A DNA stretch of 64,000 nucleotides, from the NCBI GenBank assembly GCA_964016885.1, contig OZ024750.1:23312001-23376000 (forward strand). Direction: 5' to 3'. This DNA comes from Eledone cirrhosa. Lineage: Eukaryota. Within the stretch, counting starts at the first letter, position 1. Every line of letters begins with the position of its first letter. The position numbers and the translations under genes are program-made. Shown here one piece after another: positions 1 through 11,483 of this stretch. The notes below the pieces were generated by a model. It ran no database searches. It worked only from the letters and a program-made list of their open reading frames with translations, and was not told the DNA's origin.

Positions 1-559
1 TCGTAAGGTTAGCCGCCCACTCCAGCTGGTGTTGTTGATACCTATTTGTATTTTGGGTTGAAAGAACAGGAGCAATGTGATATGAAGTGTCCGGAAATCG
101 AACACATGACCGTATCGTCATGAGCCCAGTACCCTAACTACAAGGCCGTGCGCTTTTACTTCAAAGCCCAGGGGCTCATCATGCCAGAGATTGTTATTTA
201 AGCTCATGACTCCTGAAGGAGTCGCAGGGGCACCGTAGTGACATACAGCTTGCCTTGGGCATTTTAAAACCTGGCAGAGACCATCTTGTCTTCAGCTCTA
301 CCGATTTCTCCAAGAGAAGGAAAAAGAGAGTGATAGAGAGGAAGAGATACAGAGGATGAATCGGTCCCAGTACTAGACTGATACTTTTTTTTTTTTATCG
401 ACCTCTAAAAAGATGAAAGGCAAAGTTGACCTTGGCAGGATTCGAACTCAGAGCGCAAAGGGCCAGAACGGATATCGTAAAGCGTTCTATCAGACTTTCT
501 AACAACTTTGTCAGTTCGCTGCCTCATGCCGGAGACTATTAATATTTGCTAACTGTTCT

Positions 560-1616
560 ATAAAATCTCTAATAATGGTTTCTTATATAGCCACAAGGCC
601 AGCAATTTTGGGGGAGGGGGAAGTCGATTAAATCGACCCCGGTGCGTGACTGGTACTTTATTTTATCGACCCCGTAAGGATGAAAGGCAAAGTTAACCTC
701 GGCGGGATTTGAATACAGATCATAAAGAGCCGTAACTCTATGCTGCAAAGCATAGTGTGCGTCCGACCCTCTACCGCTACTGCCAATCCACCGCCCTTAT
801 AAAATCTCTAATAACTGTTTCTACTTTTGGCACAAGGCCAGCAATTATGCCAGTGCATTACTGGTACTTTATTTTATCGACCCCGTAAGGATGAAAGGCA
901 AAGTCAACCTCGGCGGGATTTGAACTCAGATCGTAAAGGGACGTAACTATGCTGGAAAGCATGGCGTCCGACCCTCTACCGATACTGCCAATCCACCACC
1001 CTCATAAAATCTCTAATAACTGTTTCTACTTTTGGCACAAGGCCAGCAATTATGCCAGTGCATTACTGGTACTTTATTTTATCGACCCCGTAAGGATGAA
1101 AGGCAAAGTCAACCTCGGCGGGATTTGAACTCAGATCGTAAAGGGACGTAACTATGCTGGAAAGCATGGCGTCCGACCCTCTACCGATACTGCCAATCCA
1201 CCACCCTCATAAAATCTCTAATAACTGTTTCTACTTTTGGCAGAAGGCCAGCAATTATCCCAGTGTATTACTGGTACTTTATTTTATCGACCCCGTAAGG
1301 ATGAAAGGCAAAGTCAACCTCGGCGGGATTTGAACTCAGATCGTAAAGGGACGTAACTATGCTGGAAAGCATGGCGTCCGACCCTCTACCGATACTGTCA
1401 ATCCACCACCCTCATAAAATCTCTAATAACTGTTTCTACTTTTGGCACAAGGCCAGCAATTATGCCAGTGTATTACTGGTACTTTATTTTATCGACCCCG
1501 TAAGGATGAAAGGCAAAGTCAACCTCGGCGGGATTTGAACTCAGATCGTAAAGGGACGTAACTATGCTGGAAAGCATGGCGTCCGACCCTCTACCGATAC
1601 TGCCAATCCACCGCCC
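560..1616 (-). mobile_element. Head-to-tail array of five tRNA-derived SINE copies (one ~240-bp unit, then four at 205-bp period)
   Basis: The minus strand shows an A box (TGGCAGTATCGGTAG), a B box (GAGTTCAAATCC) and the body GCCTTTCATCCTTACGGGGTCGATAAAATAAAGTACCAG (resembles a Meta/MESC-type SINE core, from recall). Spacer ATAAAATCTCTAATAA recurs at ~560, 799, 1004, 1209 and 1414. Confidence 0.9.
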
Positions 1617-2023
1617 AGTCCACTGCCAATCTCTAATAACAATAAGCGTACCAACATATTTAACTCTCGAGTATTTAGCTGTAAGAATACTAGTGTTCTT
1701 TGCTTTGATTCTGGTTGGAACGATGAGACACCACTGAAGTGAGTTAATCGTTAAATAACATCTGGAATAAATTACTTCAAAGTGCTAGATAGCTTTCATT
1801 TTATTCTCAGAGATATTTCACTCGTAGAAACTCTCACTATACTTTTGTCTTGTCTTTCGTAAAAGAAAAAAAAAAAAAAAGCAACCCTTGCAATTGTTAC
1901 GGTCTATCAAAGCTGTTGTTGCTGCTGTTGTTGCTGCTGTTGTTGCTGTTGTTGCTGCTTTTGCTGCTGTTGTTGCTGTTGTTGTTGCTGCTGTATCCAC
2001 TTTAATTATACATCTTATCTCAC

Positions 2024-2038
2024 CGACATGCTCCTCTG
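2024..2038 (-). CDS. Candidate 15-nt microexon (A)EEHV
   Basis: Long T-rich tract, then cacag|CAGAGGAGCATGTCG|gtgaga; phase-compatible with the 9238 donor. Confidence 0.3.
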
Positions 2039-3109
2039 CTGTGACGTCAGACAACAGGTGATAAATAATAAATAATAAACAAACAAACAAACAAACAAAC
2101 AACAGTCAGCAAATTTCTTATGTTGCCATCAATCTCTCACACAATTCTTCTATTACCCAGAATTCCCAGTTCAATGGATTCCATTTTTTTTTTTTTTTTT
2201 TTTTTTTTGCTGAGACTACATTGATTTTGGAGCGTGAAGGTGCGTGGCCTAATGTGAGCCCGACTCCCTGACCTGGTGACGCGTTGTGTCCTCAATTTTT
2301 TCACGTTGCTCCAGTTTACTCTGCTGAAAATAAGGACCAGCAGAAGCTGGGTTGAGATTAACCTTGCGATGGACTGGTATCCCTTCAAGAGGGATGTCCT
2401 ATATTTTCAGTCGCATAATGCTCATGAAACCGAGATGGAGTCTTTCTTGGGTTTTGTAGAAAATCAGTCAGTTTTCGGGGCTGTATTATTTTGTGGTCCT
2501 AAGGAAGATGTCTAGATTTTGTGATGTAGTTTTTGCTGTGTTATGAATGTAAAATCCCAAGAGAAGCTCATTAGTTATTATGAGGCCTAGCTTTTGTTGC
2601 ACTTTTGAGAGTTTTAATTGTGTGTTGTGCAAAAATGATAGATTGTGGTCAGTGATGGATCTACTATGAAACTAATAAAGCTTAGGCTTTATGGCCACTA
2701 ATTGCGCAGTTTTCATGAACTGCGCCAGACTTACATAGGAGCTATGTTGGCTGCAGCCCAAGGCCTCGTAGTCCAAGGAACCCTGGGCTGTTGTAAATAT
2801 ATATTAAAATATAGCTATGAAATACGAGATTTCTGTCAAAATTTATATTTGTTATTAAATATACTTCTTAGTGTTCGGGTGACATATGTTTTTGTGGTCG
2901 TCATTGATCGATGCTAGAATCTCAGCATCACATTCTACTTTTAGACTTGCATCTATGTATTTCATATTTTCAGTAAGTTTCTGGTCGTTTCTGGGGACTT
3001 CAAATGTTCTCTAGTCCAGAGCCCTTAGTTGCGTTAATCCGGCTTCAGTGTCCCCAAAAAGTAGGCCCGTCATTGGATGAGGTACAAGATTGTTTTTTTA
3101 AGAGTACAA

Positions 3110-3960
3110 ACGGTATTTTTTTGTAGTGTGGTTAAGAAGTACAGACTATGTTTTTGTAGTGCAGTTAAGAAGTTCAGACAGTGTTTTTGTAGTGTGGTTA
3201 AGAAGTACAGACGGTGTTTTTGTAGTGTGGTTAAGAAGTACAGACTGTGTTTTTGTAGTGTGGTTAAGAAGTACAGACTGTGTTTTTGTAGTGTGGTTAA
3301 GAAGTACAGACTGTGTTTTTGTAGTGTGGTTAAGAAGTAGACTGTGTTTTTGTAGTGTGGTTAAGAAGTACAGACTGTGTTTTGTAGTGTGGTTAAGAAG
3401 TACAGACGGTGTTTTTGTAGTGTGGTTAAGAAGTACAGACTGTGTTTTTGTAGTGTGGTTAAGAAGTAGACTGTGTTTTTGTAGTGTGGTTAGGAAGTAC
3501 AGACTGTGTTTTTGTAGTGTGGTTAAGAAGTACAGACTGTGTTTTTGTAGTGTGGTTAAGAAGTACAGACTGTGTTTTTGTAGTGTAGTTAAGAAGTTCA
3601 GACAGTGTTTTTGTAGTGTGGTTAAGAAGTTCAGACAGTGTTTTTGTAGTGTGGTTAAGAAGTACAGACTGTGTTTTTGTAGTGTAGTTAAGAAGTTCAG
3701 ACAGTGTTTTTGTAGTGTGGTTAAGAAGTTCAGACAGTGTTTTTGTAGTGTGGTTAAGAAGTACAGACTGTGTTTTTGTAGTGTGGTTAAGAAGTACAGA
3801 CAGTGTTTTTGTAGTGTAGTTAAGAAGTTCAGACAGTGTTTTTGTAGTGTGGTTAGGAAGTACAGACTGTGTTTTTGTAGTGTGGTTAAGAAGTACAGAC
3901 TGTATTTTGTAGTGTGGTTAGGAAGTACAGACTGTGTTTGTGTTGTGTGATTAAGAAGTT
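3110..3960. repeat. 33-bp minisatellite (~25 copies) TGTAGTGTGGTTAAGAAGTACAGACTGTGTTTT
   Basis: Direct tandem repetition; 11-aa periodicity in the ORF track. Confidence 0.95.
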
Positions 3961-4019
3961 CACCTGGCAATTATTAGGTTCTACATTCAGACAGGCAATG
4001 TAGATTATATGTTGAATAA

Positions 4020-4140
4020 ATATTGGAGTGTGCGGAAGGTTGGGGAGAAGTGAAGATCAGTATCGTCTGTATAGAAGTGGGCGTTATTAGAGGTGACATC
4101 TAACAGGTTGTGAATGTACGGGAGTAATAGAGTGGGTTAC
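4020..4140 (-). mobile_element. Degenerate non-LTR reverse transcriptase core fragment (CR1/L2/Jockey-like)
   Basis: Minus strand reads PTLLLPYIHNLLDVTSNNAHFYTDDTDLHFS, matching the P.LF..YINDL...YADDT.L motif. Confidence 0.7.
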
Positions 4141-4142
4141 AC

Positions 4143-4222
<80 letters not shown>

Positions 4223-4310
4223 GAGTCTCAATGATGTACACTGCGATGGTGTGATTTATCAACATTCAAGAGACGTGAGTGGGATGAGAACCCCCCCCCC
4301 CCCCACACAC

Positions 4311-4377
<67 letters not shown>

Positions 4378-4894
4378 GAATTTGATGTTCGCAAATGAAA
4401 CTGATACACCACACACGTACAGAAACATATGCGGAAGGAATTGACTATCAGCGCTTTCAACGAGGATTATTCTAAGTCTTTGCTCAACGAAACAACATAC
4501 TAATATAGGTAACGTAGAAATAACTAAATATTCCCTAAATATTCCACAGGCACGTGTACTGTTGACGTAATTCTCAGGAAGATTCGGTGTGCTACAATAT
4601 ATGACAAAGCAGAACCTTAGAATTATATGTACAGTTTCATCCGACAGACTTCCAAATAGTTTCCATCTGCCCAATTTCATTTACTAGACATGGGTCAACC
4701 TGAAGATATGAGAAATGACACTTGTCCAAGATGCCAGGCAGTGGGACTTAATGATAGCGAAACGAACTTCTTAACCATTCGGCCATGGTCTTCCCCCCCC
4801 CACACACACACACACACAAAACACACATACACACTCACACACACACGTGTGTGAGTGTGTATGTGTGTATGCATATATGTATGTATGTATGTTT

Positions 4895-5325
4895 ATGCGG
4901 GGTGACATGGAAATACTTAATTTGGTGTCCGGGCGCGCGGTTATCCCACTGGGAGTGAGAAAAGCCTAGTTCTAGGTAGGAGATCATTCTACGAGAAGGA
5001 AAACTCTGGTGTACAACCTGCAACTCGATGGCAGCCAATGATGATGACATGTTCTTCTTTTTAGATAACTGTCACCGTTGTTGTGAGAGTGAGATTGGTC
5101 CAGTGCAAGAACTTTCTTCACTTAAAAAAGCTTCCAGCACAGACATCACTTGGTCTAAACGACTTTCCCGTGTATTGCGTGAGCATGGTCTTTTCTTTTT
5201 TCCTTCGCTGTAGCATATGCAGAAAGGAATCAAAGTCCTTGGAAGGACTAAAAGGTTATGTTTATGCCACCCATGTATGAGAAAAATGTCAAGGGTGACA
5301 ATTCTCGAAACTGATCTGCAACCAC
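4895..5325 (+). mobile_element. Short RTE-related element (family B); inverted paralog at ~11055-11470
   Basis: Two diverged ~420-bp copies share ORF text (MAANDDDMFFFLDNCHRCCESEI) and carry the GAAGGAAAACTCTG motif typical of RTE-clade 5' UTRs (from recall); bordered by TATG/CATA repeats. Confidence 0.65.
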
Positions 5326-6189
5326 TTTATGGTGTGAGTTCAAATCCCGCTGAGGTTAATTTTGCCTTTATGGGGACGATAAAATACAGTACCAGTAATA
5401 CACTGGGATAATTCCTGGCCTTGTGCTAAAAGTAGAAACAATTATATGTGTATGTGTTGATGCGGGTGTTTCATGTACTAGTTTATATATAACGCCCAAA
5501 TATTAATTAAACAAGTATTAATTAAACAAGGGCGGTGAATTGGCAGTATTGGTAGACATGTAGAGGGTCAGACATGCTTTGCAGCATAGAGCTACGTCCC
5601 TTTACGATCTGAGTTCAAATCCCACCGAGGTTAACTTCGCCTTTCATCCTTACGGAGTCGATAAAATAAAGTACCAGTAATGTACTGGGTAATTACTGGC
5701 CTTGTGCCAAAAGTAGAACGAATTAATTAAACAAGTATTCAATACATGTAGGAAAAGGTCGCGCTGACTTCGAAGTTTCGGCGTTGACATTAGCTTCAAG
5801 ATTTTACCAGTGATATTCATATTGCAACTATAAGTCAATGCCAACACAATTATAACAAATATTTGACTACACATGAACTCAGTTAATGTTCGTAGTTTTT
5901 CTAGAACATACATCCATAGATACGAACATACATACAGACGTACATACATACATACGTACATATATACGTACATACGAACATACATACATATATACATACA
6001 TACGAACATATATACATATATATAGACATACAAACATTACATTCATACGAACATACATACAGACGTACATACATACATACGTACATATATACGAACATAC
6101 ATACATACATACATACATACATACATACATACATACATACATACATACATACATACATACATACATACGAACATATATACATGCATATA

Positions 6190-6782
6190 TGGTGGCTGCC
6201 AACTCGTTTTCGAGTACGGCCACTACTTTATATCCATGTAGGAGAACCCCTATCGATGCGCTGAACGAGTGTGACTTTTTAGTCCAGCCAGCGACTTGAA
6301 AACTCTGGTACAAACACTACACTTGTGACAATTATTGTCACATAGTGCTGGGCCCATGGTACCATGTGACGACAAGTGCAGAGAGATCTCCAGATATAAA
6401 GCAATACCTGTGCCGTGAAGCTTTTATAGCACAAAGCCAGTCCCACTCTCTTGACCAAGATGATATTTACCAAAAAGAAGAACAAGTCAACATCATTGGA
6501 TACCATCAGGGTTGCGGGTGTTATATCAGAGTTTTCCTTCTCCTAGAATTCTGCCTTGACAAAGGCTAAGGGGTCATCTCTCCCGGTGATTTTGGATGGC
6601 CATTGACTCTTAAGAGCTCCTTTGCCCTTTGACAGGTTTTGTTTTTAGTCCTGCAGGATGTCCAAAGTCACCCTCCTCACCAAGAAACCTTGGTGGGGTT
6701 GCCAGTTTAGTCGCCAACGACCCGACCATGAGACAGGTTGTACTGGGATACATGTTACCAGTAGCACCAACTGGTGACCTAA
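6190..6782 (-). mobile_element. ~590-bp element (family A) embedded in (CATA)n; near-identical copy at ~11862-12455
   Basis: Two highly similar copies, each bounded on both sides by (CATA)n; TCTAGGAGAAGGAAAACTCTGA on the minus strand. Confidence 0.8.
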
Positions 6783-6855
6783 CATACATATATACATACA
6801 TACATACGAACATACATACGAACATACATACGAACATAATATATACGTACAAACG

Positions 6856-6886
<31 letters not shown>

Positions 6887-6939
6887 CATACATACATACA
6901 TACATACATACATACATACATACATACATACATTTTATG

Positions 6940-7300
6940 TTAGTAACTGCCTCAATACAAATCTTGAGAAGCTAGGCTTCACAGGAACAGAAAGAACACA
7001 ACTAGTTAGGAAATTACAAGTACAATCCATTAATGGAACAGTAAAAATATGTAAAACATTCCAAAAATTTTGCATCTAATAACTGCATATACATATGTAC
7101 AGATACAAAGCATATACACATGCACACATACAACTCAAAACATACACATCCACACAAACAATAACATCCATATCTACACATTCATGCATACATACATATC
7201 TACCTAGTTGATGTTGTGTAAATTCCAATGAGAGAGTCTTGTGTCTATGTTAGAAACCGACTCTCTCTCTATTGGTAAAACTTTGTGAAATTATAAAACC
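6940..7300 (+). mobile_element. 3' end of an RLE-type (restriction-like endonuclease) non-LTR retrotransposon
   Basis: NCLNTNLEKLGFTGTERTQLVRKLQVQSINGTVKICKTFQKFCI* resembles the C-terminus of R4/Dong/NeSL-like ORFs; followed by a CATA-rich 3' region. Confidence 0.6.
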
Positions 7301-7755
7301 AGAAGAACATACATAGGTGCAAGCATACATTGTTGTTGTTGCTGGACCCCCGTCGATTTCAACGATGAGTGTGCCAGGCGATCGAACAAACGAAACAGCT
7401 TAGATTGTGAAATGAAGGTACACGTGGCTGAGTATTCTCTTAATGTGGTTCTTCGGAAGATTCAACGTGACTTTATGTGCGACAAAGTTGAGCCCTTGAC
7501 CAACTATGGATTAAATAGCCTCACCAACCCGCAATTGGTCAAGCGAGGTGTGTGTGGCTACACCCTTGACATGAGGAAAACCATACAGAAAGCGATGGTG
7601 GTCAACCAGGGAGAGGTTCCTCCAACAGGACTAAGTGGGCTTTGGATTTGGAAATACATGCACACACATACACACAGATACACACATATGTATATATATA
7701 TGTGTGTGTGTGTATCCCGGGTTCAATCGGAGGTAACCACAATAAGTAAGGTACT

Positions 7756-7806
<51 letters not shown>

Positions 7807-7895
7807 GTAATAATAATAAATGTGAAGACTAAAATTCAAAGAAGATCCCGTTAAGGGTGAAAGCAGCGATTCTTTGCTTAAACTTTAATCTGTTA

Positions 7896-7960
<65 letters not shown>

Positions 7961-8083
7961 ATCATGCTTTATTTTTATTTTTTATATTTATTTGTTTTTT
8001 TTCATTCGCACAGTTTCCTTTCGCTATATGTCTCTCCACCTCTCCCCTACACACCTTTTGAACTCTGTTCCCACACACTTCTC

Positions 8084-8115
8084 ACCTGAGGAAGGGCTTA
8101 TGCCCGAAACGTCGT
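8084..8115 (+). ncRNA. Minimal hammerhead-ribozyme motif of Penelope pseudo-LTR type (stem I degraded)
   Basis: CTGAGGA-A-GGGC-TTAT-GCCC-GAAACGTC, followed ~40 nt later by AATAAA, inside a TA-flanked insert. Confidence 0.6.
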
Positions 8116-8203
8116 CCCCCACCTACCCCACACTCTCCTGAGCGTGAAATTAATAAACATTTATTGTACTGCCTCTCTGTTTTGTCCCTGTTCAAATTTT
8201 TAC

Positions 8204-8240
<37 letters not shown>

Positions 8241-8535
8241 GTTGTAAATCGAAGTTTTAGTTATTGTACAGCAAGTAATATTCGATTTGTTTGAGGCAAT
8301 CACAAAGTACTCAAATGGGTCGAATCTTAAAAACATTAGGTCCAGAGCAAACACAACAGTTACAAAGGGTGACACCAAGAAAACCGCCCCAAGGCACCGG
8401 CTATAAATATACCATAACTACGATAATATATATATAGAGTGAGAGTGAGAGTGAGGGGGGTGGAGTCTGCGGTAAGGGGACCAGAATGACCACAAATCAG
8501 AGAAGTACTCGATACATGGTAAGATGCAGAGTGAG

Positions 8536-8649
8536 TATATTAGTGAGGTAGAGAATCGACTTCGACCTCGACCGGTTTCGGCTAGTTACCTCTTCTGAAA
8601 AAGGTAACTAGCCGAAACCGCCCCAGCTTGCGGTCCATCTTCTACCTCA

Positions 8650-8657
<8 letters not shown>
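8536..8657. mobile_element. Short palindromic element in (TA)n: outer inverted repeats plus an inner hairpin with hammerhead-like cores
   Basis: TATATTAGTGAGGTAGA...TCTACCTCACTAATATA; inner CGGTTTCGGCTAGTTACCT / AGGTAACTAGCCGAAACCG. Confidence 0.7.
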
Positions 8658-8702
<45 letters not shown>

Positions 8703-8723
8703 ATGTATATATATATATATATG

Positions 8724-8804
<81 letters not shown>

Positions 8805-8825
8805 ATGTATATATATATATATATG

Positions 8826-8890
<65 letters not shown>

Positions 8891-8975
8891 ATGTATTTGT
8901 ATATATATTGGCAGGGTCAACACACGTTTTCAGATAAGAAATCTTGTAAAACAAATTAAAAAATGAAGTATATAT

Positions 8976-9029
<54 letters not shown>

Positions 9030-9065
9030 ATATATACTTCATTTTTTACACACACATATATATAG

Positions 9066-9126
<61 letters not shown>

Positions 9127-9237
9127 AGAACTGGTAGCCTAGCCGAAGAAAAAAGAAAAGAGACGACACAAAATACGTACAGTAAATAATAATAATATAA
9201 TAATTAAAAAGATGCTGAAAATAATGTAGACACTTAC

Positions 9238-9304
9238 CTGTCAGTGCCAATGTCACATGTAAAGAAAGTGAGATTGTAAGCGTCGTATGTGACGTCGTTA
9301 ACAT
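9238..9304 (-). CDS. Probable first coding exon (signal-peptide-like) of a gene continuing left out of the window
   Basis: [25 protein letters not shown] then G|gtaagt (consensus donor, phase 1), in a locally CpG-rich non-repetitive island (~9250-9560) with TATAAA near 9520 on the minus strand. Confidence 0.45.
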
Positions 9305-9639
9305 TTGACAATACGTATGGTGTCAACCAGGTAACTGTTGATGACAACGATGAGCGGGAGAGAATCGATTCCGTGAAACGCTTTTATTAGATAATTATTA
9401 CTCGTAAACACAGTTTCGTTGACAAACACGGCCGCCAGTCAACGTGTTTGAGTGGACACACAGATAAACGACACCAACATAATATACACTCAACCGTCAT
9501 TAACATTACACGGTGTTGTTTATAGAGTTATCGTCTTGTTATGAAACAACCACTTAGTTCATCTTCATCCCAGCCTCTCTACACCATTTACATTCTCCTT
9601 CGGTCATATATCAGCAGGTAAAAACATGTATTGCAGACG

Positions 9640-9793
9640 ATATACCTCTCTCTTGCTCTTGCTCTCGTTCTCTCTTCTCGTTCTCTCTCTTGCAGGTGAT
9701 ATATTCTCCTCCCCTCTCTCTCTCGCAGACAATATCTCTTCATCATCATCTTCATCCCTTCTTCCCCCTCTCTTGCAGACGACAGCTACTCTC

Positions 9794-9838
<45 letters not shown>

Positions 9839-9997
9839 CCTCCCTCTCCCCCTCTCTCTGTCTTTCTCTCTTTCTTTGTCTCCCCCCCCCCCTCTCTCTT
9901 GCAGGTGATATATTCTCCTCTCCTTCCTCCCCTCCCTCGCAGAGGATATCTGTTCATTTTCATCCTCATCTTATTCCCTTTTCTTGCAGACGACAGT

Positions 9998-10064
<67 letters not shown>

Positions 10065-10290
10065 GCAGGTGATATATTCTCCTCCCCTCCCTCGCAGAGG
10101 ATATCTCTTCATCATCATCCTCATCTTATTCCTCTCTTTTGCAGACGACAATTACTCTCCCCTCTCCTCCTTTCCTTTTCTCTCTATTTCTCCCTCTCTC
10201 TACCTACCTATTCACCTGTCGCTCTCTATCTGCCCACACGTCCCCCCCCCCCCCTCTCTCTCTCACTTTCTATCTCTCTCTCAATCTATC
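9640..10290. repeat. Three diverged pyrimidine-rich ~200-bp units with (CT)n tracts
   Basis: TGCAGGTGATATATTCTCCTC...CGCAGA...CATC...TGCAGACGACA recurs at ~9690, 9900 and 10064. Confidence 0.8.
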
Positions 10291-10464
10291 TTATTTGTCA
10301 ATGATGTGGCAGTGACTTCGAAGTTTCGCTTGTAATGAGATTCTTCATGGGTAACTCATTGCAGTCGAAACTTTGATGTCACTGTTATCGTTTTCTTTGA
10401 AAAGAAAACACAATATGTGTGTGTGAGAGAAAGAGAGAGCGATAGTGTGTGTATGCATGTATGC

Positions 10465-10508
<44 letters not shown>

Positions 10509-10512
<4 letters not shown>

Positions 10513-10583
10513 ATATTCAAGACCCCGACGGCAGAGCTCGGCTATTTCTGTTGAGCTCTGCCGTCGGGGTCTTGAATATTTTC
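10509..10583. other. Perfect 31-bp-stem hairpin (13-nt loop) in a TA-flanked insert
   Basis: GAAAATATTCAAGACCCCGACGGCAGAGCTC / GAGCTCTGCCGTCGGGGTCTTGAATATTTTC are exact reverse complements. Confidence 0.95.
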
Positions 10584-10663
10584 CTATTACCCACTCTACT
10601 ACCCTAAGTATTGAGTACTCTGGTGCGTTATGGTCCATCTGGTTCCTTACCACACTTCCTTCG

Positions 10664-10697
<34 letters not shown>

Positions 10698-10754
10698 CGT
10701 GAACGTATAAACCTTTATTTGTCTGGCTCTCTGTTTTGTTCCCGTATAAATTTG

Positions 10755-10794
<40 letters not shown>

Positions 10795-10987
10795 GAGACG
10801 TATAGAGATTGTTTTAGCAAGAAGCTAACGGCATTCTATAACATATATGCGACTATAACGTCAAGATGGGAAAAGTAGTTAACGAAAGATTTAGGAAAAA
10901 TAACTCAAACTCATCTCAAAAGAGAATCAGGATATAAATTCATCCACAGAATTTAGTAAAATCCATGGAAAAATCTATAGACCTTTA

Positions 10988-11044
<57 letters not shown>

Positions 11045-11483
11045 CATACATCCATAATGACTGCATCTCAGTTTCGAGAATTGTCGCCCTTGACCTTTTT
11101 CTCATGCGTGGGTGGTATGAACATGTTAGTCTTTTCAAGGACTTTGATTTCTTTCTGCATATGCTGCACGAATGGAAAAAAGAAAAGGCCATACTCACGC
11201 AATACACGTGAAAGTCGTTTAGACCAAGTGATGTCTGTGCTTGAAGCATCTTTAGGTGAAGAAAGTCCTTGCACTGGATCAATCTCACTCTCACAACAAC
11301 GGTGACAGTTATCCAAAAAGAAGAACATGTCATCATCATTGGCTGCCATCGAGTCCCAGGTTTTACATCAGAGTTTTCTTTCTTTCTCGTAGAATGATGC
11401 CCTACCAAGAATCAGGGGTCTCTCACTCCCAGTGGGATATCTGCGTGCTCAGTCACCAAACCGAGTGTTCATACACACATACA

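Noticed and set aside
800-1000. SINE heads as functional tRNA genes
   Set aside because: A and B boxes are present, but the spacing is expanded, there is no clean cloverleaf, and they run into a SINE body with TSDs.
3077-3970. 274-aa periodic ORFs (LCFCSVVKKYR / FLTTLQKHSL)
   Set aside because: 33-bp minisatellite with frameshifting unit variants.
6640-6782. HDV-like ribozyme at the 5' end of the CATA-embedded family A element
   Set aside because: Partial pairings exist (CCAGT/ACTGG, ACC/GGT, GGTCACC/GGTGACT) but I could not thread them into the P1-P1.1-P2-P3-P4 order; needs a descriptor search.
8586-9000. YI/IY-, MYVC- and HTYI-repeat ORFs here and at 5.6-6.9, 19.5-20.3, 22.5 and 55.2 kb
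   Set aside because: Translations of TA, CA and CATA microsatellites.
9238-9385. Alternative frame ...[21 protein letters not shown] as an internal coding exon
   Set aside because: In-frame TAA codons lie just upstream and there is no credible acceptor between them and the peptide.
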